NCBI GenBank assembly: GCA_964016885.1
Contig: OZ024746.1
Span: 79,236,001 to 79,300,000 of the forward strand
Origin: Eledone cirrhosa
Lineage: Eukaryota
Direction of reading: 5' to 3'
Length of the DNA stretch: 64,000 bases
The notes beneath the pieces were generated by a model, which saw only the letters and a list, made by a program, of their open reading frames with translations, was not told the DNA's origin and did no database searches. The stretch's first letter is position 1. The number at the start of each line of letters is the position of its first letter. Below, one piece after another: positions 29,372-42,634 of this stretch. Both the position numbers and the translations under genes were made by a program.

Positions 29372-29555
29372 TAATTGTTTCTACTTTTAACACAAGGCCA
29401 GCAATTACTCCAGTATATTACTGGTACTTTAGTCTATCGACCCCTTAAGGATGAAAGGCAAAGTTAATCTCGGTGGTATTTGAACTCAGATCGTAAAGGG
29501 CCGTAACTCTATTCTGCAAAGCATGGCGGCTGATCCTCTACCGTACTGCCAATCC
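29372..29555 (-). mobile_element. tRNA-derived SINE, family A
   Basis: Reverse complement of the family A head, body and tail. Confidence 0.8.
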
Positions 29556-29758
29556 ATGCGGTTCTACGATAATGCCAAAGATTAGATGGATTTTATTTAG
29601 AGTAAAAACTATGAAAAGCTACATGCGACAAACGGTTAGGTTGATGAATTATTGATGATAAACAGTAATAAATATTTAATATTATAACAATATTGTTATT
29701 GACTGTATAACATTAGATACACGCTTTCTGTGCATTTCCATCTCTCTCTCTCTATATA

Positions 29759-29790
<32 letters not shown>

Positions 29791-30529
29791 TCCACTGAAA
29801 TGTTACTTATACATTACGTGTACTTAATTTATCGACACTCTCGAGGGATGAAAAGAACCGCTGAACACTTTGGGGTCTGACTCAGTTCGTAGAATACGGT
29901 TAACTAGCCTTTCAGGCATTTTGCCATTGCAATCAATTAACCAATATTGATTTATTTTCTTTTAGCGATAGACACGAGTCACTTTATGGGAAAACGTGAA
30001 GGTTGAATTAAATAAATATCAATAACATTGTCACTACTGAACGTGGTTTATGACAATATATTGATTTTTTTAACTATTGCATTCGAGAAGGCAGCATTAG
30101 TGCATTGGATTAAAAATGTTTCCGTATTTGTTTCGGCGCATTGCGCTCTGTATTCAAATCCCGCCGAGGTCAGCGATTTTTTTTTTCCTTTTTTTTCATT
30201 CTTTCAAAAGTGATAAATAAAGTACCAATTCAGTGCTGAGGTCGATTCTTCCTCGCTCTATCTCCCTTTATTCTGTCTTACATTCTTTCTCTGGAAGACA
30301 TTGGTGATGTTACGACGGAAGGTCTCCCTTAGATCTAAAATACCAACCACACGCCATGTGTGAGGACGTCGCCCCAACGACTTCGTGAGGAGTTAAGGGC
30401 CTGATTGAATTTGAACTTAAATCCTAAGTAATATGCTAAACATCGTAATGTGTCCAGTAATTTACCACGGTGTGGTATTTATTTATTCTGGTGCTCGATT
30501 GGCAGCAAACGTTTGGTGAACATTGTATA

Positions 30530-30845
30530 GCCAAAAGTTTAAACAGTTTACTTTGCAATCATTGGTTCTTAGGTTCGATCTGGCTGCCTGAAATTCTCTG
30601 CATGTATCCTTTACCATAACCTTGGGTCATGTCAAGACGAAATTGTGAGACTCAAGCTGTTCGTAAGCCCGTCAGATGGACTGTACTTGCAATTCAAAGG
30701 GTCAAGTTTGTTACATTGTGTGAAGTTGAAATTTCCTGAGAATTACATTAAGCGTGCTCAGCCACTTATAAGTTAATTTCACGAACAGTTAGTGCTGTTG
30801 AACGAACAACTGGAGCACTCATCGTAGAAACCTACGGAGATCCAT
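30530..30845 (+). mobile_element. Old SINE, family C
   Basis: Shares aagcccgtc..gatggactgtac..aattcaaag..ttaatttcacga blocks with ~46900-47175 and ~7375-7640. Confidence 0.45.
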
Positions 30846-31071
30846 TCATTCATTACACAATGATTCTATCGTTGTTGTTATTGCTGTTATTTTTATCTAA
30901 CTACAAAGCTCATGGATCTTATATTTTAGAAAAGTGATCACTGAGAGAATATACTAACAGATTCGACTTTCGCCAAAGCAACCGTTCGATAGAGTTGTTC
31001 GTTCCGGACCATCATTCGTTCCGGAGTTCTAAGTTCAAATTTCGTCGAGATACACTGTGTCTTCCATCAAT

Positions 31072-31248
31072 AATTGTTTCTACTTTTGACACAAGGCCAG
31101 CAATTAACCAGTGTATTACTGATACTTTATTTTTTTATCGACCCCCGTAAGGATGAAAGGCAAAGTTAACCTCGGCGGGATTTGAACTCAGAATGACAAG
31201 GGCCGTAACTCTATGCGTCAAAGTATGGCGCCCGACCCTCTACTGCCC
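31072..31248 (-). mobile_element. tRNA-derived SINE, family A
   Basis: Reverse complement of the family A consensus. Confidence 0.8.
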
Positions 31249-31412
31249 TTTAATAATGAAAGTACCAACCCAGTGTCAGTGTAGCCCTGTCTCCACCTAG
31301 CTATTTAATTGTTTAATCTATTATATAGAAGAAGTATTCCAACATCGTTGTTTTCTTAATTGATTCCTTGTATTATACTATAATTATGTTTAGCGGGAGA
31401 AGGATTATCATT

Positions 31413-31479
<67 letters not shown>

Positions 31480-31618
31480 CATATGCATACATACATACAC
31501 ACACATATATATATATGAAATATATATATATATATATATTTTTTTTTTCATATATGAAATATATATATATATAAAGAATGATTACTGACAATAAAAAAAT
31601 GAATGGAGAGAAAAATAC

Positions 31619-31693
<75 letters not shown>

Positions 31694-31738
31694 ATATATA
31701 TATATATATATATATTTCAATTATGAAATATATATATA

Positions 31739-31787
<49 letters not shown>

Positions 31788-32482
31788 GTATTTTTCTCTC
31801 CATTCATTTTTTTTATTGTCAGTAATCATTCTTTCACCATTGCCCAGACAACAGATAAAGTGAAGTATCATATTTCATTGACAGTAAATCGATACTTTTA
31901 ACAGGAAATAAGGTCATTGATTCATTATGGAACGTGGAGAGAGTAGGGTGAAATTGTGGGAAGAAGGGGATAACGAAAACAAAAGATAGAAAGAGAGAGT
32001 GAGAATTAGAGATAAACGCAATTAGCAATTTATAAGAAAGCAGTAACGTCCCTCTTTTAATGTCGTTCATATTTTCATATCACTGTTATGGATTAAAGTT
32101 TCACAATTTCTCTGTGTTTTCTTCACAATCATTATTAACCCAAGCTCCTTAATGTTGTTTCTTAAACGTTTGATAAAGTAAACTGCCTAAACGCAAGTTT
32201 TAAGAATAATCAAAGACATAGACGCGAACCAATAATCGGAGAATGGAAGTTAAAAGATTTGAAGCAGCTAGCTACAAAGAGTTTCTACTGCACTGATCTT
32301 CTATGTAATATTCCTATACTCCAGGAAGTTAGTTTCCATATGCTTCAAGGTAATTGTTTTATATTCCATCACAGACAACTATATAAGAACTAGCGTACTT
32401 ACATGTTATAATGGCTTCAGTTCAGTTAGAATGTGACACGTATATACAACCCTCCCTCCACACACACACACACACACACGCA

Positions 32483-32603
<121 letters not shown>

Positions 32604-32609
32604 TTGCGT

Positions 32610-32950
32610 ATAAAGAGAGGTGGGCTCATCCGCGGAGATCCTATAGAATAGTTTATGGAATATGGTGAAGACCGTTAGAGACAGAAAAAGAACTTGTCAT
32701 AGGCCGCTAAGAAGAAACGAAACTCGTATCTCCAAGATAATGGCGAGGTGCTTTGAACCATTAAGATAAGGGAACGATAAATGTTGTCACGGTCTCTTGG
32801 CTTCATTGTTCAAAGCGACCAGCCGGTGTCTGAGAGACACGAGGTTCAATTCCACGTAGCTGCCGATGACAAGTTTTTTTTTCCATCTCTAAAGGTCTTC
32901 GCACCATTTTACAAACTATTTTATAGCATTAGCATACCACTCTCTATTTA
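32610..32950. repeat. Diverged inverted repeat made of two head-to-head tRNA-like units
   Basis: tggtgaagaccgttagaga..aacttgtcat pairs with atgacaagtt..tctctaaaggtcttcgcacca; ggttcaattcc B box in the right arm. Confidence 0.55.
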
Positions 32951-33199
32951 ATCTTATACCCCAGCGCTTCATAAAATATATATGGAAGTGCCAATATTGT
33001 GTGTGCGTGTTTATATATATATATATATATATAATTAGAATTGGTGCTCTGAAATAGCGATATATATATGAATGTGTATATAGTGTATTTTGCAATACAC
33101 TGTATGCTTAATTAAAAGTATTTTGAAGACCTTACGCTATTGTTTTAGAGTAGTGACAGTCTCACTTACTTTAAATTTTCAGCAAACAGGGGGAGATAA

Positions 33200-33244
33200 A
33201 GCTGACAGAGCTCTGTTTCGTACTTTTTGGTACTTATCAAAGCT
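33200..33244 (-). ncRNA. Hammerhead ribozyme, U3-A8 core variant, family H4
   Basis: Minus strand: agct-TTGATAA-gtac-caaaaa-gtac-GAAA-cagagctctg-TC^agct; stem III palindrome ACAGAGCTCTGT, GUC site. Confidence 0.85.
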
Positions 33245-33510
33245 AACTACTTGCTGAAAATCCTGAATGTTTGATTCTTATAGAATTCTAGTAATAATCA
33301 GGAACTGATTATACAGAGCGGTTGCTGGTCAAGCTGAAATTGAAAATTAGAATTGGTGCTCTGAAATAGCGATATATATATGAATGTATATATAGTGTAT
33401 TTTGCAATACACTGTATGCTTAATTAAAAGCATTTCGAAGACCTTACGCTATTGTTTTAGAGTAGTGACAGTCTCACTTACTTTAAATTTTCAGCAAACA
33501 GGGGAGATAA

Positions 33511-33555
33511 AGCTGACAGAGCTCTGTTTCGTACTTTTTGGTACTTATCAAAGCT
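33511..33555 (-). ncRNA. Hammerhead ribozyme, U3-A8 core variant, family H4
   Basis: Identical to 33200-33244, 311 nt away; stem I extended by cagcaaacagg/cctgtttgctg. Confidence 0.85.
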
Positions 33556-33917
33556 AACTACTCCACCTGTTTGCTGAAAATCCTGAATGTTTGATTCTTA
33601 TAGAATTCTAGTAATAATCAGGAACTGATTATACAGAGCGGTTGCCGGTCAAGCTGAAATTGAAAATTAGAATTGGTGCTCTGAAATAGCGATATATATA
33701 TGAATGTATATATAGTGTATTTTGCAATACACTGTATGCTTAATTAAAAGCATTTCGAAGACCTTACGCTATTGTTTTAGAGTAGTGACAGTCTCACTTA
33801 CTCTAATTTTCAATTTCAGCTTGACCGGCAACCGCTCTGTATAATCAGTTCCTGATTATTACTAGAATTCTATAAGAATCAAACATTCAGGATTTTCAGC
33901 AAACAGGTGGAGTAGTT

Positions 33918-33962
33918 AGCTTTGATAAGTACCAAAAAGTACGAAACAAAGCTCTGTCAGCT
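33918..33962 (+). ncRNA. Hammerhead ribozyme, family H4 (inverted copy)
   Basis: agct-TTGATAA-gtac-caaaaa-gtac-GAAA-caaagctctg-TC^agct; one stem III mismatch. Confidence 0.75.
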
Positions 33963-34082
33963 TTATCTCCCCTGTTTGCTGAAAATTTAAAGTAAGTGAG
34001 ACTGTCACTACTCTTAAACAATGATGTGAATTTAACCTTAAAACTCCTCCTGGGTCGCGTACTGATCATTTTTTGGTTTTCT

Positions 34083-34127
34083 ATGCCTTTGAGAAGCCCG
34101 TTCTGGGCGAAACGTACGTAGGTGCAT
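34083..34127 (+). ncRNA. Hammerhead motif, U3-A8 variant, unrelated sequence
   Basis: atgcct-TTGAGAA-gccc-gttct-gggc-GAAA-cgtacg-TA^ggtgcat; palindromic stem III; stem I has one bulge. Confidence 0.7.
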
Positions 34128-34173
34128 TGTTATATAAACATGTTTTAACGGTATTTACTGCTTTGTATTCATT

Positions 34174-34218
<45 letters not shown>

Positions 34219-34419
34219 TATATAAATGAAGTATAGCCGTAGGAATGGTAAAGGAAAAGAGAGCGCTCTATGTAGGCTACAGAGTTTTTTAGTTATGTAA
34301 TAAACAACATAAGATTGTTTATTACATAACTATATATATATATAATTGTTGTTGGATGCTTAAAGCGTCCGTATGCGGTAGGCCGTATGAGCACTCGATG
34401 CTCACATAGAGCAGAGTAT

Positions 34420-34580
34420 GATATCACAGAAAAAAAAAAGAATCAGTGTTGCGACGAATGGATTTTCAGAGCCAGGTTCGAACATCACATCGATCGTGCC
34501 TCGAGCTGGTCGCCAGAGAAACGATTGTAATATGTCCAATAAATTCCATTCGTCGCAACACTGATTCTCTTTTTTTCTGC

Positions 34581-34588
<8 letters not shown>
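34420..34588. repeat. Inverted repeat, ~45 bp arms
   Basis: cagaaaaa..gaatcagtgttgcgacgaatgga pairs with tccattcgtcgcaacactgattc..tttttctg. Confidence 0.8.
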
Positions 34589-34671
<83 letters not shown>

Positions 34672-34725
34672 CAGGAAAGAAGAGTGACATGGTTTGCTAT
34701 ACAAAAAAAGGTTTTTAATCTCATT

Positions 34726-34831
34726 GCTAACAATTGTTTCTCTGAACTGGCAGGTCTAGAGATCGCTATCCACTTATTTTCGCGTTACTCGATCGCCAAT
34801 ACAAAATTATAACCAGTCAGTTCATCGGAGC
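34726..34831 (-). ncRNA. Hammerhead-like motif with long stem II and CCGAUGA core
   Basis: Minus strand: gct-CCGATGA-actgactgg...ccagttcaga-GAAA-caattg-TT^agc; same architecture as 4918-5026. Confidence 0.5.
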
Positions 34832-34939
34832 TTGCGAGAATGAAGAGAATATACAGGCATGAAAAGAATATACAGGCTAAGCCTGTATATAACTGGACTA
34901 CACCGAAGTGGACTGCATATAACTATTATTTGTTTCCCC

Positions 34940-34984
<45 letters not shown>

Positions 34985-35271
34985 TATGTATGTATATACT
35001 CTTATAATATATGGATGTATGTATACTTTACTAGTTACAAAGGGAGGAAAGTTTACTCAGAGAGGACAAAAGCGAATATAAATTACTAATGATTATGTAG
35101 GTTTGGGCCAGGACTCGATATCAATATCTTGTCCCTCTCTTGCTGACTGGAGTGATCTCCTAACGTTCATCAATTGGTTGGATGATTGACTATCAGCAAG
35201 AAAACAAATCTCTCTTTATATGCGTTAGTACCCAGTATACATATAAGCATATATATATATACATACATATG

Positions 35272-35328
<57 letters not shown>

Positions 35329-35536
35329 GCGGTAGTAGATGGTCTACCACTCACACACACTCACACACACGCATATACACTTATAATATATATATAAATA
35401 TGCATATTTTGTTTTTAGATATGTATATGTATATATTTTTATGTGTACAGTATATGTTGTTACAAACGCACGTGTATATATATATACATATATATATATA
35501 TATACATATATATATATGTATATATATATATAAATA

Positions 35537-35585
<49 letters not shown>

Positions 35586-35620
35586 ATATATATATATAAA
35601 TATATATGTATATATATATG

Positions 35621-35658
<38 letters not shown>

Positions 35659-35667
35659 AATATATAC

Positions 35668-35800
<133 letters not shown>

Positions 35801-36173
35801 CGGTATTAGATGGACTACCACCACACACACACACACGCACGCACACACATATATACATTCACTCACACACACTCACACACACAGGCACACAATATTCAGT
35901 ATTTCAATCTTTACAAAAAAGTCCATGTTTTGAGGGCACGAAAAGCTTGCAAAGCGCGAAATGTATGGAACATAAGCGACCAACCAGAAAACAAACTGAG
36001 CATACGGTTGAAAGAAGAAGCTTGGAATATTATAGAGTTTATATTAAATAAAATATAAAATGAAATCAAGGAAAATAAAATAAACTAGAAGAGAGCTAAC
36101 AAAAATACAAAAAAATATATATATATAGAAAAATACATATATGAGGAATGTATATATATATATATATATATAT

Positions 36174-36208
<35 letters not shown>

Positions 36209-36288
36209 TCCATATATATGTGTATACATTACATCTTTATGTGTGTATATATATGTGTATATATATATGTTTATAAATGCATTTGTAC

Positions 36289-36359
<71 letters not shown>

Positions 36360-36405
36360 AAAATATATATATATGAGGAATGTATATATATATCTATATA
36401 TATAT

Positions 36406-36745
36406 GGAGGCACATGGCCTAGTGGTTAGAGCATTGGCCTTGCAATCGAAAGGTTGTGAGTTCAATTCTCAGACCGGGTGATGTGTTGTTTCCTTGAGCA
36501 AGACACTTTATTTCACATTGCTCCAGTTTACTCAGCTGTAGAAATGAGATGATAGGGACTGGGGTCCCTATTATTCCACTGCAAAGTGGTCGTGCCGGTG
36601 CCACGGCAAAAAAGCACCCAGCACTCACTGTAAATGAGGTTGGTGTTTGGAAGGGCATCCAGCTGTAGAAATCAAGCCAGAATCAGTTCTCGTCCCACCC
36701 TTGCAAGCAGGGAAAAGCGGACGTAAAATGAAATGATGAAAATGA
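36406..36745 (+). mobile_element. Composite tRNA-derived SINE (family B head, different 3' half)
   Basis: tggcctagtggttagagc and B box near-identical to the 14918 copy; then ggaagggcatccagctgtagaaa...ggacgtaaaatga tail. Confidence 0.7.
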
Positions 36746-37428
36746 TATATATATGTGTGTGTGTGTGTGTGTATCTCTTCCTCTTTCTCTTATATATATA
36801 TATATACATATGCTTACATGTATGAAACACAGACAATGTTAAGACAAGAAGATATGTATCATTTTATCGATATGGCATATCAAATGTATATTTTAAATAT
36901 ATGTAGTATAGTATTAATTTTGTTTACATAAATTTACAACTTCAATATCATGTTTTGTAGATTGCTTGCCATCATATCTATCTATATATATATATACATA
37001 TATAATATGAGGGAGAGAGATTGTGTGTGTTTGAATTTGTGTTTGTATGTATGTGTATTTACATTTTTTATACTTTCTTCTTTGAGTAACTGCAGCGAAA
37101 GGATATTTATATTTTAATAATGTGAGGAAATATCGTTTTCAGTTGTATGTATTTGTACAGTTGTTTTAGTGTGTTACACGTACACACACACACATATTGA
37201 TACACACACTCAGTCTCTTTACCTCTCTATCTCATATATATATATATATATAAATAAAGAAATATATCTCATATATATATATATGTGTGTGTGTGTTTGT
37301 GTGTTTGTATAGATGTGTGTGTGTAGAAAAAAGTATACGTGTGAACATAAGTATTTTCTTCAGCTCTTAATCTGTTCTTTTTTTTTTTTCATTATTTACT
37401 TCGGAAATTGTAGAATCAATATCTACGC

Positions 37429-37520
<92 letters not shown>

Positions 37521-38872
37521 TCTCTCTCAATCTATCTATCTCTGTCACTATCTCTCCCCCACGCTCTCACTCTCACTCTCTGTCAATATCTCCCTCTCTC
37601 TTTTTCTATCACTTTAACTCTCTCTCTACTTCTCTTTATTCTCTCTCTTCATGTTTCTCTTTCTTTTACTCTGTATGTCTCTCTTCCTTACCCCTTCTAT
37701 ATTTCTTTCTTTCTTTTTCTCTCTTGCTCTTGCTTAAAATCAGGAAAACCGCTCTAACACCAGATATTTAGCTTTTTGATTGGTTGAGCACTTCATATAA
37801 CCAGATTCACTCACACGTTTACACACATATGTAGATATATATATATATCCATGTTTACTTGTATATCATTACTTATAGATAGACATCGCCTGTTTATGTA
37901 CAAATACACAGACATTCGCACATACCCACACGCACACACACAGACAAAATACACTCATACACACAAACAAAATACACACACACACAGACAGATAAACACA
38001 TATAAAGATATATTCTATATTTTACACACAGCATGAACTACAGGATATTTCCCTCATCAGCTGTCGACTGGAGATCTTAACGATTTCGTCTCTTCTCGAC
38101 TGGTATTGCTCTCTCCAGCGCTGCCAACCAGCATTCTTAGTACCAATACTTGTCCGTCTTTTCAACTTGTCATTTGATTTGGGAATTATTTTGTATGTAC
38201 CTCGCTTTGCGTTTGTTCCTCGCTCTCAGCGTCGGTATTCAGCTCTAATGAAGCATTTTATCTATTTTCCCGCTCCTGTTTATCTATCTCCACCTTACTG
38301 CCCTTTCTAAATCCAATACCTGCCAGGTAAAACATAATTAATCTAACTAGAAATCTGCGACATCTTGTTTCCACTGGAAGCAATGTTCACTATCAGCTTC
38401 ACAATTTCCTAAGTTATTCATATGTTAGATCATGTGTTCACGCCCGTCCCATCCTCAATGCATGTGAACAAGAACATTTTACAATTCATATTATTTTGAT
38501 ATCGATTTTAAAACTAATCCAAAAGCATATACATAAACATGCACACAAATTTCTCTCTGACTTTGTCTCACAAATACGCATATACACACTCTTTTTAAAA
38601 CATTGTATTATTCCTCCGAAGACAGGGAACGTACAATTATGCCTATATATCAATGCATGTGTATAGTTATTAAACTTGTGTTGATTGTCCTCTGAATTTT
38701 GTTCAATTTGCCAACTCACTAGCGATTCTATAGATTAAATACTTCGCAGCTATTTTACTACAGTTAGCATTGAGTAGGACAGTGTATGGCACGATGTGGC
38801 AGAACTATGCATGCGTGTGACACCTCGTGATGTTGTGATGACTTTAACATATTATGTGATGACGTTAACATA

Positions 38873-38908
<36 letters not shown>

Positions 38909-39249
38909 TGTATATGTGCCAGATAATTGCGTCCGTAGGCGGTATGTTGGGTGTATGTGTGTGTAATGTAACTACTAAGACCGTTAATTGCCCTAACCTG
39001 CACCTAAATACATCTAGATTAAACTACAGTCAATCACAAGTTCAAGCAAACGTTAACTATACCCCTACATTCGGCTTTATTCACACAAACTGGAGAACTC
39101 AAGCAAGAGTTAAACCATACAAGCCCTTCTAAGCTATGGCCTAATCCTATAGGTAAAACAACCACTGATCTGCATCAATTACTGGTAAGTGAAATCACGG
39201 GAAATCATCAGGCTACAGCTGTCGCATTACGTAGTTTCGGTAATAACAA

Positions 39250-39438
39250 TAATTGTTTCTACTTTAGGCACAAGGCCAGCAATTACCCAGTAAATTACTG
39301 GTACTTTATTTTATCGACCCCGTAAGGATGAAAGGCAAAGTCAACCTCGGCGGGATTTGAACTCAGATCGTAAAGGGACGTAACTATGCTGGAAAGCATG
39401 GCGTCCGACACTCTACTGATACTGCCAATCCACCGCCC
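39250..39438 (-). mobile_element. tRNA-derived SINE, family A
   Basis: Near-consensus reverse-complement copy. Confidence 0.85.
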
Positions 39439-39675
39439 GGTAATAACAACAATCTGCTACGAATGCAAGCCATACACAGGCATACACACACACACACAAG
39501 TACCCCTCTCCTATATATATGTATATATATATAATAAAGAGTCGGGAACCCGGCAGCTGAACTCTTGCCGTTTCAGCAGCTAGTTCCTGTCTGGAACTAG
39601 CTGTTGAAACGGCAAGAGCTCAGCCGTAGGCTACCTCTCTCTTTATAATATAACCATACTCTACTATCCATCATG

Positions 39676-39712
<37 letters not shown>

Positions 39713-40031
39713 ATATATATATATATGTGTGGTGTAGGGGGCGTGTATGTGTGTGCATGTATACACTCACCTGCGTAAGCTCTAGATCGATGATATAGAA
39801 ATATTTTCAGTAACATAACTCGAAGTAAAAATAACTATTCCACCGTTGTAAATGACTAATTGATGGATTAAGCGAGATGTCAGCAAATTGTTACATAATT
39901 CTGACAACATATTCACATGAGGAGAATGAATGATTATCAGACTAGATTTATACGTGAAAATAAAATTGTTGCAGCGAAAGAAATTGTTTTTTTCTGGGTG
40001 GGGAAAGAAACTGAGAAAGAATGAGAGTGGT

Positions 40032-40114
<83 letters not shown>

Positions 40115-40505
40115 ACAAAGAGTAGAATAAAAAAGAGAGAAGGAGAGAAAGAGAAAGATTGAGAAAAAAACGAAAATAAGAGAGAGCGAGTGAAAGCGAG
40201 AGATTGAGAAACAAGGATGGTGTGAAAGAAAGTAGGTGAGAATCAGAGAAAGAGAGAGGGAGAGATAGAGAAGGAAAGAGAGAGGGGGAAAAGAAAAAGA
40301 AGTAGAGAGAGAGAGAAGGAGAAAGTAAAAAGAGAAAGAGATATGGGAGAGATTAAAATATACAGGAAATACGAGATATAATTTATAAATAAGAGTTAAT
40401 TGCAATGATTTTCAAATCAGTTTCATTCCTGGTTCTTCTTTTTTGGGATTTGATCTGGTCTTTGACTCAACGGTAATTTTGGAAAGAAGTGTATAGTATT
40501 TAGCT

Positions 40506-40540
<35 letters not shown>

Positions 40541-40545
40541 ACGTG

Positions 40546-40619
<74 letters not shown>

Positions 40620-40852
40620 TGTGTGTGTGTATATACTTGTGCAATGCTATCACTAAACACGCTAATAAATATGGTGTGCTGCGAAATCTATGTACAACCC
40701 CACCAAATGGCGTTTTGTAATCATACGAAGCACTGAGAAAATATGCAAAATTGATATGCTAATTCATATTATATACATACATGCATACACACACACGCAC
40801 GCACTCTCTCTCTCACACACACACACGAACACACACACACATATACATGTAT

Positions 40853-40949
<97 letters not shown>

Positions 40950-40950
<1 letters not shown>

Positions 40951-41563
40951 TAGCCGAACTACCCACGCCTTGCTGCGTTTCACACATTTCTTTTTGTAAG
41001 AAAATGATGATTGATTTTAAATCAGTGATATAATTTATGGAGAAAAACTCTTCATTTCAATATTACTCAATGTAAAATGTAATGCATGAATAATTGGAAA
41101 ACATTATTTTTTGTAATATATCAAATCAAAATTACATTATTAAATCTTATTCTTATTTTGTTTCTTGTAAATAATTTTTTTCAAAATATCAATTCAAAAT
41201 TTGATCATTTCATTTTTGTGTAAAGCATTATTTTCAAATTAGAAATTCAAAGTTCCAGTACTCAAGTTATGGGCTTCCAAAATGTTCACTATAGACATTA
41301 GGGTGTCTTGATATTATTGAAATTTTCTGTAATTTTGTGAATAGGCATCATATATTGTCATTTACCTATGGTTTAAATTTCATATAAATCGAAGGGAAAA
41401 CATTTTCAGTGGGGTTTGTGTCCCCGGGGAAGCCTTTGATTAAAATGAAATATACTTATCCAAGTACCCTGGGCAATGTAGTTTCAGAATATATATAGTT
41501 ATGGGGGTCTATCTTCAAAACCATAGGAGGAGTTCGTGAACAAACAAACAGACAGGGACTACA

Positions 41564-41575
<12 letters not shown>
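40950..41575 (-). mobile_element. Non-autonomous Helitron-like element
   Basis: Minus strand starts tatatataaagttgtagtccctgtctgtttgtttg and ends acgcagcaaggcgt-gggtagttcgg-CTAG-t. Confidence 0.6.
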
Positions 41576-41629
<54 letters not shown>

Positions 41630-41630
<1 letters not shown>

Positions 41631-42331
41631 CCAAGGAAATATGGTAAGGAACCAGATGGACCATAACGCACCAAAGTACTCAATACTTAGGGTAGTAGAG
41701 TGGGTAATAGGAACAAGTAGGACCCCGACGGCTGAGCTCAAACCGTTTCGACGGCTAATTCTGGACTAAATGAAAATTTTTATCTTGGTAAATGAATAGC
41801 CGAACTTCTCAGGTGGTAATTCCATATATGGTAAAAGTGATTGTCACAAGGATTGGTCAAAAGTTTCTTGTTAGGACACATGATTCTATCATGGCATTGT
41901 GTGGAAGGTAGGGGTAGCTGAACTTGCCAGTAGAAGAAAGAGGGAGAGGGAGTGGAGGAAACCCAGTCAAGCGTTGAAAGTTACTGTTTCAACCCCCCCC
42001 CCTTCTCTAGTATTCTTTTTTTCGACCTTCTATACACTATCCTTAGAATCTGCTGTAGTTTCCACTTTCAACGCTTGACTGGGTTTCCTCCAATCCCTCC
42101 CCCTCTTTCTTCTACTGGCAAGTTCAGCCACCCCTACCTTCCACAAAATGCCATGATAGAATCATGTGTCCTAACAACAAACATTTGACCAATCCTTGTG
42201 ACAATCACTTTTATCATATATGGAATTACCCTCTGAGAAGTTCGGCTATTCATTTACCAGGATAAACATTTTCATTTAGTCCAGAATTAGCCGTCGAAAC
42301 GGCTTGAGCTCAGCTGTCGGGGTCCTACTTG

Positions 42332-42335
<4 letters not shown>
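41630..42335. mobile_element. (TA)n-flanked fold-back element, ~280 bp arms, family P
   Basis: 41711-~41985 is inverted at ~42060-42334. Shorter copies at ~3645-3700, 39540-39640, 46728-46820, 60181-60375 and 62905-63105. Confidence 0.75.
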
Positions 42336-42371
<36 letters not shown>

Positions 42372-42501
42372 AACATTTTACATCATCTAGCTGTTCCCTC
42401 GAATGGAATTGGAGATATACAAAAGCGTGGAGAACTTAATATTGCTAACATAACGTTATTGGACCATTTTACACAACCAATAATGCACCTTACTATATAA
42501 C

Positions 42502-42540
<39 letters not shown>

Positions 42541-42551
42541 TATGTATATAT

Positions 42552-42634
<83 letters not shown>

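Larger units (their letters stand above)
33033..34022. mobile_element. Hammerhead-bearing ~312-320 bp tandem repeat (2.4 units) plus inverted partial unit; retrozyme-like
   Basis: aattagaattggtgctctg starts at 33033, 33345 and 33665; 33803-34022 is an inverted copy; starts at a (TA)n tract. Confidence 0.85.

Noticed and set aside
42229-42312. CTGAGAA...GAAAC as a definite hammerhead
   Set aside because: C3-A8 mismatch and no clear stem I; kept only as a tentative finding.
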